Assembly: GCA_963792915.1 (NCBI GenBank)
Contig: CAWBYD010000006.1
Span: 21,224-85,223, forward strand
DNA: 64,000 nucleotides
Direction: 5' to 3'
Origin: an uncultured Solirubrobacteraceae bacterium
GTDB lineage: Bacteria; Actinomycetota; Thermoleophilia; Solirubrobacterales; Solirubrobacteraceae
Below are positions 19,743 through 28,535 of the stretch, piece after piece. Made by a program: the position numbers and the translations under genes. Position 1 is the first letter of the stretch; each line of letters opens with the position of its first letter. Under the pieces are notes generated by a model that was not told the origin of the DNA, ran no database searches, and saw only the letters and a list, made by a program, of their open reading frames with translations.

Positions 19743-19844
19743 GCGAGCGGGTGCCTCCCTGCGGCTTCCGGCGCTGGCGTCGCTGCTGGTGCTGATGGCG
19801 CTTCTCGCTCATGTCGAAACGGTAGATCGAGGCCCGGTCGGCAT

Positions 19845-20756
19845 TCACGCGGCGGCGCGCTCGAAGCGAGCGAAGCGCGCCTCGAGCCGCACTCGATCCG
19901 GCCGGTCCTCCGGCCGGCGCGGGAGCGCGATCGCGTGCCCGTGAAAGCCCTGGAGGCCGGTTCGGAGCATCGGTCCGTCGGTCTCCTCGAGCAGCCGGCG
20001 GGCGATGTGCACGACACCGTCGGGATCGATCCCGAGCACGTTGCGATCGAACGCCAGGTGATGGATCGCGCACAACGCCAGTCCGTTGACCACGGCGGCG
20101 ATGCCCTCGGGCTCGACGTCCGGGACGATGTGCGCCGCCTGGACGAGCGATCGCTCTCGCAGCGTGCAGATGGCGCAGCGGTGCCGGTAGGCGCGCATGA
20201 CCTCGAGCTTGAAGCGTTGCTGATGCAGCCGGATCCGCGTCTCGGCCGTCGTGTACGCCCGCATGTCGGGCCCGGAGACCAGGCCGCCCGGCCGCATGTC
20301 CTGGATTGGGAGGCCCGGCTCGAGCACGACGCTCCTCGCTGCCGGGTCGTCGGCCGTGACGAACATCGGCGCCACCACGAGGTACTGGCTCGGGGCGAGC
20401 CCGCGGAAGTACACGAGCGGCGTCTGCAGCTCGAACGCCGCTCGCAGCGCACGATTGTCGGGCTGGTCGATCGAGCCGGCGCGGTAGGCGTAGGTGAAGA
20501 GCGCCCCGGCGGCGTCGAACGTGTCCGTGTACGGGTCCTTGACGGAGGTGTAAAGCGTCAGCGCCGCCGGCCCGCGCTGGATCCGCGCCCGGTGGATCCC
20601 GCGCTGGAACGACCCGAAGCTCACTTGCCCGCCGCCGAACTCGAAGCCGTCACGCAGCCGGCTCAGCGGCACCAGATCGTCGTACTGCTGCGTCAGCTCT
20701 CGCGCTCGCCCCACCGCGGCCTGGCGGAGCGGCAGGTCAGGGTCGACGGCGGCCAC
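19845..20756 (-). CDS. HNH endonuclease with N-terminal SRA-like domain, putative modification-dependent restriction enzyme
   Basis: C-terminal RLHQQRF...CAIC...AAHI...NGLALCAIHHLAFD. N-terminal PYTD...YAYRAG...DNRAL...PLVYF. Confidence 0.8.
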   Translation of the reverse strand: MAAVDPDLPLRQAAVGRARELTQQYDDLVPLSRLRDGFEFGGGQVSFGSFQRGIHRARIQRGPAALTLYTSVKDPYTDTFDAAGALFTYAYRAGSIDQPDNRALRAAFELQTPLVYFRGLAPSQYLVVAPMFVTADDPAARSVVLEPGLPIQDMRPGGLVSGPDMRAYTTAETRIRLHQQRFKLEVMRAYRHRCAICTLRERSLVQAAHIVPDVEPEGIAAVVNGLALCAIHHLAFDRNVLGIDPDGVVHIARRLLEETDGPMLRTGLQGFHGHAIALPRRPEDRPDRVRLEARFARFERAAA

Positions 20757-20798
20757 CGCGCAACTGTGCCTGAGCGCCGTTCTCCGCGCAACGCGAGC

Positions 20799-20820
20799 GC
20801 CGATGCGCGGACTCGAACCG
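20799..20820 (-). repeat. Short tRNA 3'-end-like fragment, possible att remnant
   Basis: Minus strand reads cggttcgagtccgcgcatcggc (T loop plus acceptor-like strand) in an intergenic gap. Confidence 0.45.
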
Positions 20821-20907
20821 GGCCCGCGATGGTCGCAGCGGCCTACTCTCAGCGGGCGCCGCGGGCCGGACGAGGCCGGTTACCTCTTCGAACGAGGCCC
20901 TCGCGGG

Positions 20908-21222
20908 CTACAGACCGAGCACGAGTTCGAGGGCCTCGTCGACGGCTCGCTGTTCGTCCGGCGCGAGTCGCCCGACGTGCTCATCAAGGCGTTGCAGATC
21001 GAGCTCGCGGAGTTGTTCGACCAGCACGCGTGCCGAGTCGCCGGCCACGTCGATCTCGGGTCGGAAGGTCGCCGGCGCTGCACTTCGTGACGTTGGGGCG
21101 ACGAGCACCGTCGAGAGGCCGAGCAGTGGGTTGGCCTGGACGATGACCCCGTACCGCGGTCCGCGCTGCTCATGGCCGCGGCTCGCGGGCAGTCGCACGC
21201 GATAGACATCGCCACGATTCAC
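20908..21222 (-). CDS. mazF: PemK/MazF family toxin
   Basis: NRGDVYRVRL...GHEQRGPRYGVIVQ...STVLVAPTS...VLVEQLR. Confidence 0.9.
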   Translation of the reverse strand: MNRGDVYRVRLPASRGHEQRGPRYGVIVQANPLLGLSTVLVAPTSRSAAPATFRPEIDVAGDSARVLVEQLRELDLQRLDEHVGRLAPDEQRAVDEALELVLGL

Positions 21223-21467
21223 TCCGGCCACTCGCCCGATACGGCGTCCATATCGGCCATGACCGCCTGCCGTTCGGCGGTATCCGCCGGATCGTCGGCG
21301 AGGCGGCGGACCTCCTCGGCGAGCGCGGCGTGGCGCCGGCGCCGACGACCCGCCTCAACCAGCGCGGTCCGCACCGCCTCTGACTCGTTGCGTCCTTCGC
21401 GCACAAGGGCCGACAACGCCTGTTCGGAGGCTTCGTCGAGTCGGGCACGCACCACGCGAGACGCCAT
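21219..21467 (-). CDS. RHH-type antitoxin
   Basis: 82 aa, RVVRARLDE...SEAVRTAL. 4-bp overlap with the toxin. Confidence 0.8.
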   Translation of the reverse strand: MASRVVRARLDEASEQALSALVREGRNESEAVRTALVEAGRRRRRHAALAEEVRRLADDPADTAERQAVMADMDAVSGEWPE

Positions 21468-21471
21468 CCCG

Positions 21472-21500
21472 CGACTGTAGCACGATATGTGCCACAGTCG
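21472..21500. promoter_or_regulatory. Inverted repeat, probable TA operator
   Basis: CGACTGTAGCAC-N5-GTGCCACAGTCG (11/12 match) directly upstream of the antitoxin start. Confidence 0.55.
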
Positions 21501-21501
21501 A

Positions 21502-22140
21502 TCAGAACTCGAGGCGGACCGCCGGATTGACCGGCTGGTATTCCTCGTCGACTAGCGAGGCATTGATGACCTCGGTCTCGCCCAAGCGATATCTCCCGTA
21601 GGCGGAGTGGATGTGACCGCAGACCATCAGCCGTGGCTGAATGCGCTCAAGCGTCTCCGTCATCGCCGTCGAGCCGACGTGCTCGCCTCGGAGTGTGAGG
21701 TCACCGACGCCGCGGGGCGGGCCATGGGCGACCACGACGTCGGTCCCGGCCAGGATCGCCTCAAACTTCGCGGCCAGGAACGCCTCCCCGTTTCGTCGTG
21801 GGGCGTTGAAGGCCCAGTCGTAGAACCACGGCTGCCAGGGCGTGCCCCAGATCCGCAGTCCGCACAGCTCGATCCCGTCGTCGCGGAGGTAGTGACAGCG
21901 CAGGCCGTCGGGAAGGCCCCATCTCTCGATCGACTGATCGTGGTTGCCGGCCACCAGCACGATCTCGGCGGCCGGCACGCGCTCGAGCCAGTTCCTGAAC
22001 TCCCCCGCGAGGAACGCTTGCTTGGCAGCGAGGTCGCCCTTGAGCGCGAACGACACGTCGCCCGCGATCAGCATCAGATCGCACGCCGGTACGTCGACGA
22101 GGTGCTCGTGCAGGTCTGAGACGCAGACGATTGTGGTCAT
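21502..22140 (-). CDS. Calcineurin-like metallophosphoesterase
   Basis: SDLH, AGD, AGNHD, AHGPP and CGHIH motifs. Confidence 0.9.
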   Translation of the reverse strand: MTTIVCVSDLHEHLVDVPACDLMLIAGDVSFALKGDLAAKQAFLAGEFRNWLERVPAAEIVLVAGNHDQSIERWGLPDGLRCHYLRDDGIELCGLRIWGTPWQPWFYDWAFNAPRRNGEAFLAAKFEAILAGTDVVVAHGPPRGVGDLTLRGEHVGSTAMTETLERIQPRLMVCGHIHSAYGRYRLGETEVINASLVDEEYQPVNPAVRLEF

Positions 22141-22282
22141 GACCGAGTAAGGATCGCGCCGCCTCTCCACGACGACCAACGACGGCAGGAGTTCGAATCC
22201 GATGTGGCCCGCTCCCTCGGCGCAACTCCGGCCTGGACAGAAGCGCCGACCGCTCGCGCCGCGGTCACGTTACGATCGAACC

Positions 22283-22459
22283 ATGCCCGATCCTGAGGCC
22301 GTTCGCGAGTGGGTTCGCCGCAACGAGGCAGCGCGTGCGGAGGATCGACGCCAGGACGGTGAGCGGTCGATGTCCGAACGCCTTGAGGCGGCCATCCGGT
22401 TGAGCCGCATCGCGTCCGAGCTTGAATCGAACCGCGCGCCGGATGTTCGCTCCGGATGA
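22283..22459 (+). CDS. Small helical protein coupled to a nucleotidyltransferase
   Basis: 58 aa, SMSERLEAAIRLS. TACGAT -10-like box just before the ATG. Overlaps the next gene. Confidence 0.6.
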   Translation: MPDPEAVREWVRRNEAARAEDRRQDGERSMSERLEAAIRLSRIASELESNRAPDVRSG

Positions 22460-22925
22460 GCTGATCGCGGCGCTCGGAGACGCCGGCGTCGAATACGTGC
22501 TGATCGGGGGTCTCGCGGTCGGCGCACACGGGTTTGTGCGCGCGACCAAGGACGTCGACATCGTTCCCGCGCCGGACGCCGCGAACCTTGAACGCCTGGC
22601 GGCGCTACTCCGCACGCTGGAGACGCAACACCACGGCCTCGGCGATTTCGACGCCTCCGAGTTCCCTTTCGACCCGCTCGACCCACGCCAGCTCGCGCAG
22701 GGCGGGAACTTCGTCTTGACGACGCGCCTCGGCCGGCTGGACCTCATGCAGTGGGTTCCGGGCATCCCGGGCGAGTCGGCGTTTGACCACCTTGCCCAGG
22801 GCGCCGTGGAGACTGCGCTCAGCGGCCGGCACATTCGTGTCTGCTCGCGGGATGACCTGATCGCGATGAAGCGCGCTGCGGGACGGCCGCAGGATCTCGT
22901 GGACCTCCAAGAACTCGGCGCCTAG
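22443..22925 (+). CDS. Pol-beta superfamily nucleotidyltransferase (DUF6036/AbiEii-like)
   Basis: LIGGLAVGAHGFVRATKDVD and LIAMKRAAGRPQDLVDL. Confidence 0.85.
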   Translation: MFAPDELIAALGDAGVEYVLIGGLAVGAHGFVRATKDVDIVPAPDAANLERLAALLRTLETQHHGLGDFDASEFPFDPLDPRQLAQGGNFVLTTRLGRLDLMQWVPGIPGESAFDHLAQGAVETALSGRHIRVCSRDDLIAMKRAAGRPQDLVDLQELGA

Positions 22926-24051
22926 AACCCGTCGAACGACAGCTGCTCGTCGGCCGACGTCGCCGCGAGGAGCGCCTCCCTCGCCGCCGCGATCTGCTCC
23001 TCCGCGTGCTCGCCGTCCCGTTCCTCGGCCATCACATGCGCGTAGGTGTCCAGGCAGACCCGTCGGGTTGTGCCCGAGCTGCCCGGCGATGTCGACCACG
23101 GACTTCCGGCCCTCGTGGATCATCAGCGACGCGAACGCGTGGCGCAGGTCGTACGGGCGGGCGCCGGTGAGCCCGACCGACTCGGCGACCGGCTTGTAGA
23201 TCCCCTGCGCCAGTTCCGCCAGTCCTCCTGGCGGCGGACGGAAACACCGGCGTGCCGACCGGCGGCTCGCCGCAGGCCATTCGCCACGCCTCGAGGTCCT
23301 CGCGCAGCGGCGCGAGCAGCTCGACCGTCCGTGGCTGCCGGCGATTCTTGAGCACCTTCAGCTGGCCGTCGGAGACCGCGCGCTCGATTAGCAGCGTCCG
23401 CCGCCGGACGTGGCGCCACTCGAGCTGCGGCCGCAGCCCCGCATACGCGAGGACGACCAGCCGCGTCACGTCACGCAGCCGTGCGGCCTCGAGCAACCGC
23501 GTGCGCATGACCTCGATCACCGATGCCGGGATCGCCTGCACCGCCGGGCGGTATTGCTTCGGCGGCTTGCGCGTGATCTTCACCGCGTTCGACGGCACGC
23601 GCCCCCACTCGACCGCACGCTGGAGGACGCCCTGCAACATCGACATCGTCTTGCGGATCGCCTCGTTGCCGACGCCCGCGCCCTCGAGCTCGGCGCGGAC
23701 GCGCGCGATCACCTGCGGCGTGAGCTGCCGCAGCTGCAGATGCCCGAGCCGCACGAGCGCGTGCCCGTTCCACAGCTGCGCGTAGGTGCGCAACGTCGCC
23801 CGCTCGAGGTTGGGCCCCGCGTAGACGAGCCACCACTCCTCGACGAACTCCGCCAGCGTCTCGGTGCCGGCGTCGAGCTCGGCGAGCGCGCCGCTGCGCT
23901 TCATCATCCGGACCTTCGCCTCCCAGGCGCGAGCGTCGGCGGCGCGATCGAACGTCTTGCTGCGCTCCGCGCCCGTCTCGTCGCGCCAGCGAACCCGCCA
24001 AACCGAATAGACCGTGCCGTCGCGACGGCGTCGCTCGCGCCGCTCAACCAT
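22922..24051 (-). pseudogene. Tyrosine recombinase/integrase, frameshifted
   Basis: N-terminal WRVRWRD...SKTF arm-binding region. AYAGLRP, PYDLRHAFAS, QLGH and TYAHV fall in several frames. Confidence 0.85.
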
Positions 24052-24119
24052 GGCAGGGACTCTCCTGCTCGCCGAGCATCCACCCGCCTATAGGGCGCCG
24101 GGGCGAAAGCTCGCCCCCG

Positions 24120-24398
24120 TCAGTGAGAGCGGCCCATCTCCGGCGTCAGCACCAGCCGGCCCACCGTGGAGTCGACCGCCCGCAGCGGCGTCGGGTCGGG
24201 CCGACGCTCGGGCGGCGGCTCGAGCACCGTCGCCTGAAATCCACGCGTCGACGTCGGCCGGCCGGATCCGGAACGCGGCATGCTCACGGAGATGGCTCGC
24301 TCCAGCCGCCCGGCGCGTATCGCACGCGGCACCGTCTTCGTGCTGATCTGCTAGCGCTCGACGACGTCGGACGGCTTGAGCAGGCGCTCCTCGTCCAT
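24120..24398 (-). pseudogene. Excisionase-like HTH protein with an internal stop
   Basis: MDEERLLKPSDVVER*QISTKTVPRAIRAGRL...FRIRPADVDAWI directly upstream of the integrase. Confidence 0.65.
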
Positions 24399-24399
24399 G

Positions 24400-27207
24400 C
24401 CAGAACTCCCGTTCGATCGCCCGGCCCAATGGCCGGAGCCGCTCGACCCGCACCTGGACCCGACGCTCGGGCGTTAGCAGTTCGGTCTGTCGCTCGCGCA
24501 GCTTCTCAACGCGACTCGCGGCCTCGCGCGCGGACTCGTGAAGGCCAGCCAGCTCCTCGGCGTGGAGGCGCCGCGCGGTCGGTCGATACCACCCGGGCCG
24601 AGACCGCTCGAGCCGCCGCTGGGCAGCCACGGCGTCGGTTCGTTCGCGCTCCGCATCGGCGAGCTGCCGCGCCGTCTGCGCGAGCCCCGGCCGCGCGGGC
24701 GCCTGGTCGGTGGCCAGGCGCTGTGCCTCGGAGCGTTCCAGGCCGGCGATCAGCGACGCCATCGCGCCGGCCCTCAGCGTTGGGCGCGTACTCGAGCCGC
24801 TCCGGCGCGTCCCCCTCGATCACGTAGAGCCGGTTGGACCGCGCACCGCGGCTGAGCGCCACGTAGGCCCACTCGCGCGAGAGCTGGTCGTTGACCAGGA
24901 TGAACGTCTGCCGGCACGTCAGGCCCTGCGCCAGATGGCCGGTGATGGCGTACCCGTGGTCGACCGGCGCACGGCCATGGCGGTCGGCGCGCTCGAGGTA
25001 CTCGCTCCCGAGGACGACGCGGCGGTCGCCCAGCTCGACCGTGAGCTCGCCCGCCTCGATCGCCACGACCGCCCCGCGGTCGCCGTTCACGACGTCGAGG
25101 CGCGATCGTTTCGCCGCAGCAACACGCGGTCGCCGACCGCGAACCCGTGCTCCCCCGGCCCCAGCGCCCCGGCGGCGCGCATCAGCGCGTGCGCTCGGCC
25201 ATTGAGGTCCGCCACATCGACGCGGCGACGCGCGACCATCAGCGCGCCGTCCGGATCGCGCGCCGACCACCAGTCCGCGACGAGCCGCCGGCGCACCTGA
25301 TCGGCGTCCTCCCCGGCCACGATCCGGGCGAGCCGCTCGTACGAACGCGCGGCGTCCACGGCCGCCCCAGCGCGCGCGAGCTTGAGTGCGTCGCGCTCCC
25401 ACTCGGCGACCTGCCGGCGGTTCTCCGTCAGCTCGATCACAGGCGCGCGCGTGAGCAGCCCGCGGAACGCGCCGCCGGCGCCGAGCTCGGGCAGCTGCCG
25501 ATGATCGCCGACCAGCACCAGCTTGGCCTCGGCCCGCTTGACGTGTTCGACGATCTCCGCCGGCTCGCGGGTGGGGACCGTCCCGGCCTCGTCGATCACC
25601 AGCACCGTGCCGCGACCGAGTCGCCGGCGTCGCAGCTCCTCCAACAGCGCCGCGAACGCTCGTGCTCTCGATCCCCGCGCCGCGCTCGAGCCCCCGAGCC
25701 GCGCGATGCGCCAACGCCGCCCCGCGAACCCGACGCCCGCTCGCCTCCCAGGCCTCGCGCGCGGCGTCCAATGCGAACGTCGTGCCCGTCCCCGCCTGCC
25801 CGACCACGACCGCCACGCGGTCGTGTTCGAGCACGAGCCGCCGCACCATCGCCGCCTGCTCCTCCGAGATCGACGGTCGCGCATACAGGGCCCGCGCGAC
25901 CGCACGCTCGGCGCGTGGGCTCACGCGGGTATCGCGCGCCGTGAGCGCGTGCTCAATGATCTCCCGCTCGAGCGCGAGCAGGTCGGGCGTCGAGTAGCTC
26001 CGCTCGCGCGGGAACGTCGGCACCGCGCGTCCGTCGGCGGTGAAGAGCGCGCCAGGCTCCTCTGCCGCATCGCCCGCCGCGAGGACGACCGCGCGCTCGG
26101 AGCCGAGGAAGCCATCCGCCAACCGTTCGATTGCCTCGACTGACACGTCGCCGCCGGCGGGCAGGCGCTCACACCACGCCTGCACGACGTCGCGACGCGT
26201 GAACGACGCTCGGTGCGCCGTCAATCCGGACGCGCCGGCGAGGCGACCAGCGATCTCCTCGACCTCGATGGTCTTCGGCCGCGCTCGTCCGAGCAGCTGC
26301 TGAATCGCCGCACGATCCAGTCCGAGTTCGTCGGGCGCGGCGGCGCCACTCCGGGACCAGCTGCTCGGGTGTGACGTCGTAGTCCTTCGCGCGCCGAGTT
26401 GCCAGCGCCGCCACCTGCGCCGCGCCGGCGCTCGTCGAGCCGCGCCGCTCCATCTCCGCCTCGATGTCCGCGCATCGCCGGCTGAACGCCCGCAGCACCG
26501 GACCCGGCACGTCCTCGATGTCGGCGATCCCATCGCGGACCGGACCACACGCCACCCCGAGCTCGCGCGTCAGCAGCGACCGCAGCCGCGCCTCGTAGAG
26601 GTAGCCGGCGGTCTTGGCGTGCGCGTAGATGCGACGGCCGTCGAGCGTCGACCAGCGACCGTCGGCGCCGAGCACCAGGTTCGCGACCAGCACGTGCGTG
26701 TGTAGCTGGGGATCGCCGGCACGCGGCCTGCGATGCCGGAACGCCGCCGCGATGAGCCCCCGTCCCGCGATGACGTGCACGCCTCCAGGGCCGCGCCGCG
26801 TGACGCCGGCCTCGCGCTCGACATACCCGAGCGCATCGTGCACCGCATGGTCGTGCGCGTCCCGGATCGCGCACCGCAAGTCGTCGTTGCCGACGCCGAA
26901 CAGCACCGAGACGCTCTTCGGCGCGGAGAACGTCAGATCGAAGCCCGGGACACGGCCATGCACCACGCGGCCGAGCGGCGTTCCACTCGCGGGGTGCTCG
27001 CCGTTCAGCACCCGCTCGAGCGCCCCACGGTGCCGCGCAGCCCGAGCGCGCGCTCGCCGCCGCCGATCCACACGCCGGCGGCTTCAGGGCCGCCGAGGTA
27101 GTGGTCCTCCACGTCCGAGCTAACTGCGCCCGCGCGGGTGACCCGGCGCGCGCCTGCTCGAGGTAGTAGTCGGACTGACCGACGGCAAGCTTTCCGATCG
27201 ACAGCAT
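24400..27207 (-). pseudogene. MobF (TrwC-type) relaxase-helicase with many frameshifts
   Basis: MLSIGKL...DYY start, FDLTFSAPKSVS, DPQLHTHVLVAN, VIDEAG, LVGDHRQL and HGYAITGH. 3' end approximate. Confidence 0.9.
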
Positions 27208-27831
27208 CTCGGGTCTGTTGGTTAAGCCGCCGAGCGAGCCGCTTGGGCAAATGGATTTCGCTTCGGGTCAGCGCGGAGACATTTCGGGCTCGAGCGGCCC
27301 GGCCGTCTGCCTGACGGTCGCAGGGCACAATTGGTCGAGTCGCCGGCCGGCGCCACGCCGACCGACAAGCGGATGAACTCGCCGCCACAGAAGTCATTCC
27401 CACGAATCGTCCGGTCTCGAGCAAGGAGCCTCTACTCCTCTAGCCGTCGACACCTCCGTCGTGGCCACGAGTCGCCCCAACACGACGCGATTCCCTCGCC
27501 GCCAAGGCCGCGATCGACCGCTAAGGACCAACGGCCGCCCAGGGCGGCATGCATTTGCACTGGGTGCGGGGAGCGCCCACCGCCGCGTTGTACGCACGGC
27601 ATTGGTGCGGTCCAACGTGGCCTGTAGCGGGACACGCCCTGGACTGGTCTCGGCCGCGACAGCTCCAGACGTGGAGGCAGGTCAGGCATCAAGCAAAGGC
27701 ATTGCATGGTGCGGTGTCGCTACCGCGACGCTGCCCGTTCCGCCCGAGGGCTTGACCTATTGACTTGCGCTCTCAGCAATCATGAACATAGGCTGATCGC
27801 TCAACCTTCCTAAGGGAGAACTATGGCAAGG

Positions 27832-28443
27832 ATGTCCGCGTGGCCAGTCGTGTGGGTCGTCGCGGTGGCTGCGGTCGCTGGGTGCGGCTCCAGTGGAACC
27901 TCCGGCAGCACAGGAGCGCCGACCGCTGTTCCCGCGAAGTCGGTCCAAGACTCGCTCAGGCTCGTAGTTGCCAGTCCGCGGAATCACGCGTCGACGCGAG
28001 CATCGACGATTCTCGTGCGCGGGCGAGTCACGAATGGCGGCCGCGTGACCGTTGCAGGCCATCGAACAAACGTGAAGGCCGGGAAGTTCCGTACCCGCGT
28101 CCCACTGCGGGTGGGGGGCAACAAGATCCACGTCGTTGCGCATTACGCCGGCGGTGCGAAGAGCAAAACGATCGTTGTTCGTCGCAAGCCGGAAACCCTG
28201 GTAGTAGCGTCACCGGCAGCGACTCCGACACCGACACCGACCGAAGTGGCGACACCGAAAGCGACTCCGACTGCCGACAAATGCGACCCCAACTATCGAG
28301 GCGCCTGCCTGAAACCGGACTCGCCGGACTACGATTGCGAGGGTGGTAGTGGCGACGGTCCGGACTACACCGGACCGGTGCAGGTGGTCGGCAACGATCA
28401 CTACGGCCTCGACAGAGATGGCGACGGGTACGCGTGCGAATAG
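27832..28443 (+). CDS. Lipoprotein with an Ig-like domain and C-terminal excalibur-like Ca-binding motif
   Basis: Lipobox VAGC, PT-rich linker, CDPNY...DYDC...LDRDGDGYACE. Confidence 0.8.
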   Translation: MSAWPVVWVVAVAAVAGCGSSGTSGSTGAPTAVPAKSVQDSLRLVVASPRNHASTRASTILVRGRVTNGGRVTVAGHRTNVKAGKFRTRVPLRVGGNKIHVVAHYAGGAKSKTIVVRRKPETLVVASPAATPTPTPTEVATPKATPTADKCDPNYRGACLKPDSPDYDCEGGSGDGPDYTGPVQVVGNDHYGLDRDGDGYACE

Positions 28444-28535
28444 CGAGTCCCCTGGCCGGACTGCCACGGCCCGGCGAGGCGCCCATGGGGTCTACGCAGT
28501 CAGCGCCATTGCCCGCGTCTCGATAGCTTGCTGAT

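Noticed and set aside
22186..22202. GGAGTTCGAATCC as another tRNA T-loop relic
   Set aside because: No pairing T stem or acceptor-like continuation; too short.
27208..27800. oriT of the MobF element
   Set aside because: Position is plausible but I could not identify a convincing nic site or inverted repeat.
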